Positions 28,371 to 38,081 of a DNA stretch of 64,000 nt are shown here, piece after piece. A program made the position numbers and the translations under genes. The stretch spans positions 5,112 through 69,111 of the forward strand of contig CAZWTL010000007.1 of NCBI GenBank assembly GCA_964637025.1. The letters are read 5' to 3'. How positions within the stretch are numbered: position 1 is the stretch's first letter; each line of letters begins with the position of its first letter. This DNA comes from an uncultured Syntrophaceae bacterium (lineage in GTDB: Bacteria > Desulfobacterota > Syntrophia > Syntrophales > UBA5619). Under the pieces are notes generated by a model that worked only from the letters and a program-made list of their open reading frames with translations, ran no database searches and was not told the origin of the DNA.

Positions 28371-28399
28371 AGTATAGTTTGACAGATGTTCCATGTCAA
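28371..28399 (-). promoter_or_regulatory. near-consensus sigma-70 promoter for fadD
   Basis: The minus strand reads TTGACA (28399-28394), a 17-nt spacer, then TATACT (28376-28371). Confidence 0.5.
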
Positions 28400-28423
28400 A
28401 GGCCTTTTACAGGGCCTTTGACA
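28394..28423. promoter_or_regulatory. palindromic operator array (TGTCAAAGGCCTTTTACA plus GGCCTTTGACA)
   Basis: An 18-bp near-perfect palindrome (28394-28411) overlaps the fadD -35. The 11-bp arms TGTCAAAGGCC and GGCCTTTGACA are exact inverted repeats. Confidence 0.45.
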
Positions 28424-28596
28424 GGGGGGGACCCCGACTCTGGCGCCCCGCTGTCCGCCGGCCGTTTCGGTGGATGTCAAGGGATTCCCGGGGCTCGGAC
28501 GCGCATTCCTGAACAGACGCCCGCGTCCGGAAAGGGACGTTCCGGCGGGCGGCCTGAACAGCGGACCCTGTCCGCATGGTGCAAAGGAGGCTGGCA

Positions 28597-29148
28597 ATGG
28601 CCAAACAGAAAGACGAGAAGAGGTCTCTCGGTCAGCGTCTGAGGACGGGACGGGAGAAGATGGGAATGACCATCGAAGACCTTGCCCTGGAAACGGGATA
28701 TCTGCCGGAAATGATCGCCGAGGTCGAGGAGGATCGAACGGTGCCGCCGGTTTCCCTTGTCCTTCAACTCAGCCGGGTCCTGAAACTCAACATGGAGGAG
28801 CTGCAGACCGAGGATGAGGCCCTGGCCACGAAACGCCGTTCCCGAAGCCACAAAAAGCGCGTCGAGGCCTATGCCTACACCCCGCTGGGCAAACCCGGAC
28901 CGGACAAGCATCTGCGGGGTTACCGGGTCGCGATCCAGGCCCAGACCGACCACAAGGGCGTGGAGTATCGCCATGAAGGGGAGGAATTCATTCATGTCCT
29001 CAAGGGCGAAATTGCCCTCCGGATCGGCGACAATGTTTCGAGGCTGGCCGCAGGACAGAGTCTCCATTTCAATTCCTCACTGCATCACACGTTGAGCAAT
29101 CCCGGTCCGGAAACCGCGGAACTGCTGGTCATCGTCTACGTGCCATGA
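28597..29148 (+). CDS. XRE-family HTH regulator with C-terminal cupin domain
   Basis: Trimmed to the ATG at 28597 (AAGGAGG upstream). HTH_3 segment (LGQRLRTGREKMGMTIEDLA) and a cupin C-terminus. Confidence 0.8.
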   Translation: MAKQKDEKRSLGQRLRTGREKMGMTIEDLALETGYLPEMIAEVEEDRTVPPVSLVLQLSRVLKLNMEELQTEDEALATKRRSRSHKKRVEAYAYTPLGKPGPDKHLRGYRVAIQAQTDHKGVEYRHEGEEFIHVLKGEIALRIGDNVSRLAAGQSLHFNSSLHHTLSNPGPETAELLVIVYVP

Positions 29149-29470
29149 CCGGATAGGCAGGAGAGACGGACGGGACGGCCCCTGCATCGGTTCCGACCCG
29201 GAGCGGACCCGCGAGGGATGTCTGGAAACGGTCCCCCTGAGCCCGGGGCCTTGAGGCGCAGCGTCTCGTCCCGGAAGCCTTCAGGAATCGGGATCCGTTC
29301 CCGCCACAAGGTGCATGAGGGAAACATTGCGCATCGCCACCCAACCAGTTGAATCCGGTGCGGTTTCCCCCATCGAGCCGGAGACAGGTCTTTGAGACGC
29401 CTCTCCCCCGCGGCAGGAGGGGCGTTGGCGGGACCCGTCGCCGGTCGCTTGCCCATTGGAGGAGGATGCG

Positions 29471-30610
29471 ATGTCGTTTCAGCTCACCCAGGAACAGGAG
29501 ATGATTCGGCTGATGGCGAGGGACTTCGCGAGGAAGGAGCTGGAGCCTTTCTCCGGCATTTGGGACCGGGAGGAGACCTTTCCGGAGGAGGCGATCCGCA
29601 AAATGGGCAGCCTCGGCCTGATGGGGATGATGGTCCCCGCGGACTACGGCGGATCAGAGGCGGGAGCCGTCAGCTACTCCCTTGCGCTCCAGGAGATCGC
29701 TTACGCCTGCGCCTCCACTGCGGTGACCATGTCGGTGACCAACCTCTCCTCAGACCCGATCCTGAAATTCGGGAACGAGGCCCAGAAATGCCGCCTTCTG
29801 GGGCCGCTTGCCCGGGGGGAGTTGCTGGGCGCCTTCGCCGTCACCGAACCCGAGGCGGGTTCGGATCCCGGGGGCATGAAAACCCGTGCGGAGGATTGCG
29901 GGGACCATTACCGGGTCAACGGGTCGAAACTGTTCATCACCAACGGTTCCCGTGCGGAGCTGATCGTGCTGATCGTCCGAACCGGACCCGACAAGTCAAA
30001 CCGCGCGCTTTCCGCCCTCCTCCTCACAAGGGGTACGCCGGGGTTCCGCATCGGCCGCCGCGAAGCGAAGATGGGGCTCCGCGCTTCCGACACCGTGGAA
30101 CTGATCTTCGATGACTGCTCCATCCCGAAGGAGAACCTGCTCGGCCGGGAGGGAGGAGGGTTCACGATCGCGATGGTCGCCCTCGACAGCGGACGCATCG
30201 GCATCGCCTCACAATCCCTCGGCATCGCCCGGGCCTGCCTGGACGAGATGATCCGGCACGCGAAAACGCGCCGGCAGTTCGGGAAGAGCATCGGTTCCTT
30301 CCAGGCGATCCAATGGATGATCGCCGATACCGCAGCGGAGATCGAAGCCGCCGGCTGGCTTACCCTCTATGCCGCTGACCGCAAGGATCGGGGACTTCCC
30401 TTTACGAAGGAGGCCTCGATGGCGAAGCTCGTCTCCTCCGAAATGGCGAATCGTGCGGCATACCGGGCCGTCCAGGTGTACGGCGGCTATGGATTCATCA
30501 AAGACTGCAAGGTCGAGCGGCTGTACCGGGATGCCCGCGTCGCCACGATCTACGAGGGGACGTCCGAAATCCAGCGGATCGTGATCGCCCGTGAGGTGAT
30601 GGAGGGTTGA
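29471..30610 (+). CDS. acyl-CoA dehydrogenase (short/medium-chain type)
   Basis: Trimmed to the ATG at 29471 (GGAGGAGG upstream). GAFAVTEPEAGSD and IYEGTSEIQR motifs. Confidence 0.9.
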   Translation: MSFQLTQEQEMIRLMARDFARKELEPFSGIWDREETFPEEAIRKMGSLGLMGMMVPADYGGSEAGAVSYSLALQEIAYACASTAVTMSVTNLSSDPILKFGNEAQKCRLLGPLARGELLGAFAVTEPEAGSDPGGMKTRAEDCGDHYRVNGSKLFITNGSRAELIVLIVRTGPDKSNRALSALLLTRGTPGFRIGRREAKMGLRASDTVELIFDDCSIPKENLLGREGGGFTIAMVALDSGRIGIASQSLGIARACLDEMIRHAKTRRQFGKSIGSFQAIQWMIADTAAEIEAAGWLTLYAADRKDRGLPFTKEASMAKLVSSEMANRAAYRAVQVYGGYGFIKDCKVERLYRDARVATIYEGTSEIQRIVIAREVMEG

Positions 30611-30751
30611 AGGGGTGTCGTCGTGCGCGCCCGGAGATTCGGGCCAGGGAGCCCTGCGGGCAAGGGGCACGAAGCGAACGGTTCAAGAGGAGAAGCCTTC
30701 CGGTTTCGGAGAGTGCGGTCGGAACCGTTCCGGCGCCCATTCAGAAACGGG

Positions 30752-33700
30752 TCAGGTCAGGACAAATCCTTTTTCCCGAAACAGAGCCGTACAGGCCTCC
30801 ACCACGGCGGCATCGTATAGGACTCCCTTGTGCCTCTCGATTTCCTCCAGGGCCGCTTCGATGCCCACGGCCGGCCGGTAGGGCCGGTGGGAGGCCATGG
30901 ATTCCAGCACGTCGGCCACGGCCAGGATCCTGGATTCAGGCAGGAGACGGTCTCCGGTGAGGCCCTGAGGATATCCGGAACCGTCGAGACGCTCGTGGTG
31001 TTCGAGGACGATCCTCGCGACCGGCCAGGGGAATTCGATGTCTTTGAGGATGTTGTAGCCCGCCTCGGGATGGACCTTGATCAGGTTGAACTCCATCGGG
31101 GAAAGCCGGGTCGGCTTGCTGAGGATCTCGGCCGGTACGGATAGCTTGCCGATATCGTGGATCGTCGCAGCCAGCCGAAGCCCTTCGATCCGGGTGTCGG
31201 GAAGCCCCATTTTCTGGGCGATGGCCCTGGCCAGATCGGCCACCCGGCGCTGATGGCCGGCGGTGTAGGGGTCCCTGACCTCGACCGAAACGGTCAGGGC
31301 CTGTACCAGCGCCCCCATGGCCTTGTGGAGCCGATCGAGACTCATCTTTCGTTCGGTGATGTCTTCGTTGAACCCTTCGTAGTGAAGAACGCGGCCCTCC
31401 TCGTCGCGGACGGCATACTGGTTCACGGAGACCCAGATGACGCTTCCGTCCTTCCTGCGCAGCCGGTGTTCCTGACCCGCCACGGCGCCCTGCTCGTCGA
31501 TCCTCAGGAGCAGCTCCCGCCGGGCCTCCGGATCCACGAAGAGCTGTTCGTCGGTGTGGGTGACCGATGAGAGGAGATCTTCCGGCGAATCGTATCCCAG
31601 CATCGCGGCCTGCGCCCGGTTGGCCGTGATGTAGCGTCCGTCGGCCGTCACCTGGAAAATCCCTTCCTGGGCGTTTTCGAAGATGCCCCGGTATTTTTCT
31701 TCGGCCTGGCGCAACGCCTCCGCGGACCGTCTCTCTTCGACGATCCTCCAGACTGCGTCCATCAGCAGGGTCAGTTGCCGGACGTCCGACTCGTCGTAGT
31801 CCGACGGCTTGTTCGCCACCGCGGCCACGGCCACGATCCGCTCCCGGCTGAATACGGGGACCGTCAGGTATCTGTAGAGGGGGGCATGTCCCTCCGGGTA
31901 TCCCCTCTTCAGCGGATGGGGACCCTGGAAGTCGTTGACCATGATCGGCACGGCCTGCCGGACCGCCTCACCCCAGAGGCCCGTTTTCTCGAGCAGGTAC
32001 GCTGTCGGGGGATTCTGGATCGAACATGCCTCCATCACCCCTTTCGACCAGGTGTTGAGCGTGAATTCCTGCTTTCGGTCGTCGTAGAGGTAGATGTAGC
32101 CGATGCGGCTGTCCGTCAACCGGATCGCCTCATCCAGTGCGAAGTCCAGCAGTTCCTGGATCGATCGGGCCTGATGCTGGGAGATCCTCAGCAGCCCTTC
32201 CAGCCGCGCTTCATTGCGCCGGATCGCCTCTTCGGTCTGCCTGCGTTCGGTCACGTCCATGTTGAACCCGTTCCATACGATGGCGCCGTCCGCCAGCTTC
32301 TGGGGGGTGGAGCGGCCCAACAGCCAGCGGATCGGCCGGCCCGGAAGCTGGACGCGGTATTCCCATTCCCAGGTCGTCAGGGTTGCAGCGGACGCCTCGA
32401 TGGAGGCGATCAACCGATCCAAATCCTCGGCCAGGACGGCACGGGCGATGGGCGAGAAATCCTCGCTTACGGATTCCGGGGGGCAGCCGAAAATCTCTTT
32501 GATGGCCTCCGTGGTGAACGGCATGCAGTAGGTCCCGTCCGGCCGCCGCATGAACTGGTAGATCATTCCGGGAACATGGGCGGAGAGTTTCTTGAAGCGG
32601 ATGTCGCGTTCGCGGAGCGCCTCCTCCGCCCGCTTGCGCTGCAGCAGGACCCAGACATTCTCCAGAAAGATATGGAGGCGGATCAGGTCGTGTTCCGCAT
32701 AGGGCTCGGGCTTGTTGGCGACGCCGGCCGCCGCAATGACGCGTCCCTCCTGGACAATGGGAACGACCATCAGGCGTGCGATCGGGAGATGGCCCTCGGG
32801 CAGCCCTTTTTTCAGCGGGTTCGGCGCCAGATAATCGTTGATGGTGACCGGTTTGCGCTGCCGGATCGCCTCGGCCCAGATCCCCGCGCCGGTGATCGAA
32901 AACTCCACCGGACTTCCGTTGACCGCGCAATCCCCCATGGCGCGTTCGGAATAGAGCGTGGCCGACATGACGGTTTCATCGGGATTGACGAATCCGAAGA
33001 ATCCCAGCCGGCTTTCGGTGATCCTCACACACTCGTTGATGATGAAGGAGGCGAGGTCGCTGTCGGACGCATCGGGATTCCGGAAGAAATGCAACGTCTT
33101 TTGAAGCAGGTCCCTTTCGCGGAAGAGCGACTCCTCCACCCGCTTGCGCTCGGTGATGTCGCGGATGATCATGCTGTTCTTCTTCTGACCCGCTTCGTCC
33201 GTGAAGATCCTTGAAGAGATCTCCACCGGGAATTTGGAACCGTTGGCGCGGACCATCGTGATTTCCGCCGTGCCTCCCCCCTCGGTTTCCCTCCTCTTCA
33301 GGGCCTCCTGCAGCCGCGGATCCGTCCCGTCCACCAGTCCGTTCCGCCCGACCTCCCGGATCTCCTCCAGGGATCGGCCGAACATCCGGCAGGCCGCCGG
33401 GTTCGCGTCGAGGATGGTGCCGTCCGGCTGGGTCATGAGGATCGCATCCTGAGAATGGTCGAACAGCAGTCGGTATCGCTCCTCGCTTTCCCGGAGCACC
33501 CTTTCGACCCGCCTGAGTTCGGTGACGTCCTGGTTCACGCCGTAGGTCTTGACCGTCCGGCCCTGACTGTCCTTGACGATGAAAATGCGGACCACTATTT
33601 CGCCGACCGTGCCGTCCGCGTAGAGCAACCGGTGTTCGATCGTCCGGCTAAAACGGGGATCATCCGTCTCGATTGCCTTTCGTGTCTCCTCGGCCACATG

Positions 33701-35044
33701 ATGTCGGTCGTCGGGATGGACGAAGCGGCGGGCGTATTCCCCGGAATGCAAGGTGTATCCGCCGACCTCTTCGGCCGTGGTGCGGAAAATCTTGTAGAAC
33801 TGGTCGTTGAACGTGAACAGGTCCTTCTCCACGTCATACTCCCAGTGGCCGAGGTGAGCCATTTCCATCGCGCCGGCGAGCTGTTCCTCGCTCGCCCGGA
33901 GCGCCTCCACTGCCCGCTTGCGTTCGGTGATGTCGCGGATCATGCCGCCGAGGGTGATCCCCCCGCCTTGTAGCGGCACGGGAAACTTGGTCGTTTCAAA
34001 GACACGGTCCCCGACCCGCTCTTCGCTGATCACCACCGAATTTGTCTTCAGGACCTCCAGATCCGCGGCCCGGCACTGCTCGGCCGCGGCAACCGGCATC
34101 AGATCGAAATCCGTCTTGCCGATCAGCTCTTCTGGCGTCTTTCCGAAATAGTCCGCCAGGGCCTGATTGGCCAGCAGATGCCGGAAGCGATCGTCCTTGA
34201 TGTAGACCATGTCCTTCGAGGCGTTGATGAAGGCGCGATACCGCCTCTCGCTTTCCGTCAGGGCCGTTTCCATCCGTTTGCGTTCCGTGATGTCCGTGGC
34301 GATGTGGATGATCCTCTCGAGGCGTCCCTGCTCGTCGAGGATCGGCGTGCAGGTGACGAGGTAGGCACCGCCGAAGGCCTCCATCTCCATCGGACACGTT
34401 TGCGTTTCGCCCGTCTCCAACAGACGGACCAGCGGGCATCCCGGTGCGGGGGTGTCCCTCTGCGTCCCGTGAAAGATCTCGTGACAGGACTTGCCGATGA
34501 GCTCCGTCTCGGAGAGGCCGGAGGCGCGCAGCACCGCCCGGTTGGCCGCAAGGATGCGGTGGCGGGGATCCAGGATCACCGTGGGGCTGCCGATGGCCTG
34601 GAAGATGTTTTTCCATTCCCTCTCGGCCCGTCTCTTGTCCTGCTCGGCCTGCAGCCGCTCCCGCCTTACGGCGGCGTCCCGGAGTTCCCGTTCCACGGCC
34701 GGCGCCAGGCGCTGCAGGTTTTCCTTCATCACGCAGTCGTTGGCGCCCGCCTTCATGATCTCGACGGCCGTCTCTTCGCCGATGGCGCCGGAGACGAGGA
34801 TAAAGGGGAGATCCAGTCCCGTTTCCTTCAGGAGCCTCAGGGCGGCCATTCCGTTGAACCGGGGCAGATGGTAATCGCTCAGGACCAGGTCCCAAAGCTG
34901 GTCCCGGAGTGCAACACGCATCCCTTCCTCGGTCTCCACCCGTTCAAACGACGGTTCGCAGCCGCTCTTCTGCAGGGCGCGGAGTATCAGCAGGGCGTCG
35001 TCTTCCCTGTCCTCGACGATCAGAACACGCAGTGTTTTCTTCAT
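30752..35044 (-). CDS. multidomain signalling protein: REC, 6 PAS, 2 GAF, C-terminal HD-GYP phosphodiesterase
   Basis: Real start at ATG 35044 (MKKTLRVLIVEDRE). Repeated PAS modules each end in DITERK. Two GAF modules are present. The C-terminus has HHERLDGSGYP (HD-GYP). The N-terminal 438 aa of the 1868-aa ORF overlaps a real + strand gene and is an artefact. Confidence 0.85.
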   Translation of the reverse strand: MKKTLRVLIVEDREDDALLILRALQKSGCEPSFERVETEEGMRVALRDQLWDLVLSDYHLPRFNGMAALRLLKETGLDLPFILVSGAIGEETAVEIMKAGANDCVMKENLQRLAPAVERELRDAAVRRERLQAEQDKRRAEREWKNIFQAIGSPTVILDPRHRILAANRAVLRASGLSETELIGKSCHEIFHGTQRDTPAPGCPLVRLLETGETQTCPMEMEAFGGAYLVTCTPILDEQGRLERIIHIATDITERKRMETALTESERRYRAFINASKDMVYIKDDRFRHLLANQALADYFGKTPEELIGKTDFDLMPVAAAEQCRAADLEVLKTNSVVISEERVGDRVFETTKFPVPLQGGGITLGGMIRDITERKRAVEALRASEEQLAGAMEMAHLGHWEYDVEKDLFTFNDQFYKIFRTTAEEVGGYTLHSGEYARRFVHPDDRHHVAEETRKAIETDDPRFSRTIEHRLLYADGTVGEIVVRIFIVKDSQGRTVKTYGVNQDVTELRRVERVLRESEERYRLLFDHSQDAILMTQPDGTILDANPAACRMFGRSLEEIREVGRNGLVDGTDPRLQEALKRRETEGGGTAEITMVRANGSKFPVEISSRIFTDEAGQKKNSMIIRDITERKRVEESLFRERDLLQKTLHFFRNPDASDSDLASFIINECVRITESRLGFFGFVNPDETVMSATLYSERAMGDCAVNGSPVEFSITGAGIWAEAIRQRKPVTINDYLAPNPLKKGLPEGHLPIARLMVVPIVQEGRVIAAAGVANKPEPYAEHDLIRLHIFLENVWVLLQRKRAEEALRERDIRFKKLSAHVPGMIYQFMRRPDGTYCMPFTTEAIKEIFGCPPESVSEDFSPIARAVLAEDLDRLIASIEASAATLTTWEWEYRVQLPGRPIRWLLGRSTPQKLADGAIVWNGFNMDVTERRQTEEAIRRNEARLEGLLRISQHQARSIQELLDFALDEAIRLTDSRIGYIYLYDDRKQEFTLNTWSKGVMEACSIQNPPTAYLLEKTGLWGEAVRQAVPIMVNDFQGPHPLKRGYPEGHAPLYRYLTVPVFSRERIVAVAAVANKPSDYDESDVRQLTLLMDAVWRIVEERRSAEALRQAEEKYRGIFENAQEGIFQVTADGRYITANRAQAAMLGYDSPEDLLSSVTHTDEQLFVDPEARRELLLRIDEQGAVAGQEHRLRRKDGSVIWVSVNQYAVRDEEGRVLHYEGFNEDITERKMSLDRLHKAMGALVQALTVSVEVRDPYTAGHQRRVADLARAIAQKMGLPDTRIEGLRLAATIHDIGKLSVPAEILSKPTRLSPMEFNLIKVHPEAGYNILKDIEFPWPVARIVLEHHERLDGSGYPQGLTGDRLLPESRILAVADVLESMASHRPYRPAVGIEAALEEIERHKGVLYDAAVVEACTALFREKGFVLT

Positions 35045-35290
35045 AACCCTTTCATCTTCCTTTTTCCCCGCAGAAAGACGGGTTGACCGCATGGATGACA
35101 AGAACGACCGGACAAAATCCGTTGCAGGGTGTCTGAACCCGATTTCTCCTTTGCACAATCCGGCAATTTCGTCAACGGACAATCCGCACGACCGGGACCC
35201 TGCGAATCCGAATGGTTTCATGGACCGGAAGGCCATGACCCCTGAAGGAATCCCCTTGCAACGCCATTTCGCATCCGGTAGACTCCGGCC

Positions 35291-36196
35291 ATGGGAAAGC
35301 ATCCGGCCGTGCTCCTCATGCTGCTGCTCCTGCTGACGGCGGCTCCGGTCCGGGCCGGGGAACTCCGGCTGGTGAACGACCGTTTCCTGATCCGATACGG
35401 ACCCGGTGACGATCGGATCGCGGCGGAACTGGAACGGGTTTCGATCCCTATCCGGAACCGGATCGTTGCGGACATTGGTGCGGATTTCACGGAGAGAACC
35501 GAGGTCCGGATCTGCGGCACCCTGGAGATGTTCCGGGAGTCGCAGCCGAGGGGAACATGGGTTCCGCTTTGGGCGGTCGGGACGGCCTATCCTTCGGAGA
35601 ACCTGATCGTCCTGCTCTCGCCGCGGGCCGTTCAAGGCGGCCGGATCCGTTTGCCGGAGGTGTTCGCCCATGAATTCAGCCATGTCGCCCTGGGGCGCGC
35701 CCTCGCGGGGATGCGGGCCCCGGTTTGGCTTAGCGAGGGGCTTGCGATTTACGAGGCGCGGGAATGGAACGTGTCCCGGATCGCCGTGCTGACGCGGGCG
35801 GCACTGACGGACCGCCTGATCCCGCTGCCCGTGCTGACCCTCTCCTTTCCCGCGGATCTGGAACACGCAGAGCTGGCCTACGCGCAGGGCTTCATGTTCG
35901 TCTCCTTTCTGATCAACAAGATCGGCCGGGAGCCTTTCCACAACTTGATCAGGGACTATACCCGATACGGGGATCTGGAGGGGGCGCTCCGGCGGGGAAC
36001 GGGGATGACCCTGGCGGATCTCGAGGGGCGATGGCTGGACTATCTCAAGCTCCGCGTCTCCTGGATCCCGGTCGTCACGGGCGTCTCCGCCCTCTGGTTT
36101 TTCGCGGCGCTCGTGTTCGTCTATGGATACCTGAGAAAGCGGCGGCAGGCGAAGCGGCGTATCCTTGAGATGGAAAAAGAGGAGGCATTCGATTGA
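35291..36196 (+). CDS. secreted/membrane-anchored peptidase MA-like protein (HExxH)
   Basis: 301 aa. Signal peptide, the HEFSHV zinc motif and a C-terminal TM segment followed by a basic tail. Confidence 0.7.
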   Translation: MGKHPAVLLMLLLLLTAAPVRAGELRLVNDRFLIRYGPGDDRIAAELERVSIPIRNRIVADIGADFTERTEVRICGTLEMFRESQPRGTWVPLWAVGTAYPSENLIVLLSPRAVQGGRIRLPEVFAHEFSHVALGRALAGMRAPVWLSEGLAIYEAREWNVSRIAVLTRAALTDRLIPLPVLTLSFPADLEHAELAYAQGFMFVSFLINKIGREPFHNLIRDYTRYGDLEGALRRGTGMTLADLEGRWLDYLKLRVSWIPVVTGVSALWFFAALVFVYGYLRKRRQAKRRILEMEKEEAFD

Positions 36197-36306
36197 TGCC
36201 GTCGACTCCAGCTGTTCCCGTGCTGTTTCCGTTGACATTCCGGGTCCGGATCGATAAGGTGCCGTATCATGCATCGTATGGGTTTTAAGGACGCTTCCGC
36301 GGAGAT

Positions 36307-37668
36307 GTGAAGGTGGATCTTTTCGACCAGCCGGATGGAAGACACGACAACCGTCCACTTGCGGACCGTATGAGGCCGCGCTGCCTCGAGGAATACATCG
36401 GCCAGGGACACCTCCTCGGAGCGGACAGTCTGCTGAGGCGGGCCGTGCAGGAGGACCGCCTCTTCTCCGTCATCTTCTGGGGTCCGCCCGGATCGGGAAA
36501 GACGACGCTCGCCCGGATTCTGGCCGGGGAGACGAAATCCCATTTTTTGAGTTTCTCCGCGGTGCTCTCTGGTGTGAAGGAGATCCGCGTCGTTGTCGAC
36601 GAGGCCTCGGAAATGTGGCGCCTCCATCGACGCCGGACGATCCTGTTCGTCGACGAGATCCACCGCTTCAACAAGGCGCAGCAGGACGCGTTTCTTCCCC
36701 ATGTCGAAAGCGGCCTGATCACCCTGATCGGTGCCACGACGGAGAACCCGTCGTTCGAGGTCATATCGCCTCTCCTCTCCAGGATGCGCGTCCTCACATT
36801 GAAGCCATTCGGCGAAGAGGACCTCATGCGGATCGTGCGCATTGCCCTGGCGGATCGCGAGCGCGGGCTCGGCGATCTCAACCTCCATATCGAGCCGGAG
36901 GCGCTGGCCCACATGGTCTGGACGGCGGACGGGGATGCCCGGGCCGTCCTGAACAGCCTTGAAGCGGCCGCCGCGCTTGCGGACAGGTCGGCCGGAGGGG
37001 CAAGGCTGATCACCCGTTCCTTTGTCGAAGAGGCAATCCAGAAGAAGGCCCTCCAGTACGACAAGACCGGCGAGGAACATTACAATCTCATCTCCGCCCT
37101 CCACAAGAGCCTCAGAGGCAGCGATCCCGATGCGGCCCTGTATTGGCTTGGCCGGATGCTGGCGGCGGGCGAAGATCCCCTGTTCCTCGCCCGACGCATG
37201 ATCCGTTTCGCCTCGGAGGATGTCGGGAACGCTGATCCCCGGGCGCTCTCCGTGGCGATCGATGCCATGCAGGCCTATCATTTCCTCGGCTCGCCGGAGG
37301 GCGAACTGGCCCTGGCGCAAGCGGTCGTTTATCTGGCCACCGCCCCGAAAAGCAACGCCCTCTATGCGGCTTACGGCCGGGTCCGCACGACCATCGACAG
37401 GACGGGCACCCTGCCCGTTCCGCTCCATATTCGCAACGCCCCCACGAAGCTGATGAGAGAGCTGGACTACGGGAAGGGGTATCTGTATGCCCATGATTTT
37501 GCCGATGCCTATGTCCCCCAGGAATATCTCCCGGAAGAGCTTCGCAGGAACGAAGGGCGCTTCTATCGGCCTACGGACCGCGGTTATGAGAAGACGATCG
37601 GCGAGCGGTTGGAGTATTGGAGAAGGTTGCGCGAGGCCGGAGCGGCCAAAAAGGGGGAACCCCGGTGA
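36307..37668 (+). CDS. rarA: replication-associated recombination protein A (AAA+ ATPase)
   Basis: 453 aa with a GTG start. Walker A GPPGSGKTT, FVDEIHRFNK and a MgsA C-terminal domain (ALYWLGRML). Confidence 0.9.
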   Translation: MKVDLFDQPDGRHDNRPLADRMRPRCLEEYIGQGHLLGADSLLRRAVQEDRLFSVIFWGPPGSGKTTLARILAGETKSHFLSFSAVLSGVKEIRVVVDEASEMWRLHRRRTILFVDEIHRFNKAQQDAFLPHVESGLITLIGATTENPSFEVISPLLSRMRVLTLKPFGEEDLMRIVRIALADRERGLGDLNLHIEPEALAHMVWTADGDARAVLNSLEAAAALADRSAGGARLITRSFVEEAIQKKALQYDKTGEEHYNLISALHKSLRGSDPDAALYWLGRMLAAGEDPLFLARRMIRFASEDVGNADPRALSVAIDAMQAYHFLGSPEGELALAQAVVYLATAPKSNALYAAYGRVRTTIDRTGTLPVPLHIRNAPTKLMRELDYGKGYLYAHDFADAYVPQEYLPEELRRNEGRFYRPTDRGYEKTIGERLEYWRRLREAGAAKKGEPR

Positions 37669-37677
37669 TGGATGGTT

Positions 37678-37711
37678 CCAAAAACGACGGGGGGCTCTTG
37701 GGAGCCCCCCG
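37678..37711 (-). terminator. intrinsic terminator with minus-strand polarity
   Basis: Perfect 10-bp stem CGGGGGGCTC/GAGCCCCCCG (37688-37711) with loop TTGG. The minus strand continues TCGTTTTTGG. The plus strand continues CATTAAGG, with no U-tract. Confidence 0.6.
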
Positions 37712-37802
37712 CATTAAGGAGGAGTGGAAAACCTGGCGGTCTTCCTGGGGTCGCTTTACCGTCGGCTGATCGTGCCCGCGTTCAGTCAACAGCTGCTTTT
37801 GA
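37678..37802 (-). ncRNA. candidate sigma-54-dependent small RNA (about 120 nt)
   Basis: Bounded by the sigma-54 promoter at 37814-37828 and the terminator at 37678-37711. There is no ORF with an RBS. It contains CCACUCCUCCUUAAU (anti-SD-like) just 5' of the terminator. Confidence 0.35.
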
Positions 37803-37813
37803 CCATGATTAAA

Positions 37814-37828
37814 GCACCATTCGTGCCA
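37814..37828 (-). promoter_or_regulatory. sigma-54 (-24/-12) promoter candidate
   Basis: The minus strand reads TGGCACGAATGGTGC. TGGCACG is perfect, the GG-N10-GC spacing is exact, and the -12 element is GTGC versus TTGC. Confidence 0.5.
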
Positions 37829-38081
37829 CCGGGATGGATTATTTGTAAGTATTTGAAAAACGGGTATAAATTAAGATTGATTTCCCGAAGGATCGTCAGA
37901 AAGCAGGTAAAGTCCGGCAAGGATTGTCGTCCCCCCTTTTGAAACCCTTGTAGAAAAGATTATTCAAAACGAGTTGTTACGCTGATTGTCCCGATTTGAC
38001 GCCCGATCGACAAAAATGTCGAGGCCGCGCCCGGGCAATGCCGCTGCCGGACCCGTTGCACGGGTGTGAATCAACAAAACG

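Noticed and set aside
35045-36358. The N-terminal 438 aa of the 1868-aa minus-strand ORF 30752..36358.
   Set aside because: It is low-complexity, Arg/Pro-rich and has no domains. It overlaps the well-formed + strand peptidase gene (35291..36196). A clean REC-domain start (MKKTLRVLIVEDRE) with an upstream purine-rich RBS exists at 35044.
37900-37935. GGTAAAGTCCGGCAAGG resembles the RNase P RNA GGAAAGUCCGG block and SRP RNA GUCCGGAAGG.
   Set aside because: None of the other universally conserved RNase P or SRP segments are present on either strand. The surrounding 400 nt is AT-rich and cannot form the required helices.
37724-37942. A 72-aa + strand ORF preceded by TAAGGAGGAG.
   Set aside because: The SD abuts the GTG start with only 1 nt of spacing. 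The sequence is AT-rich with an odd composition and no recognisable motif. The same bases are better explained as the anti-SD segment and promoter region of a minus-strand RNA. It is kept as the alternative hypothesis in the sRNA finding.
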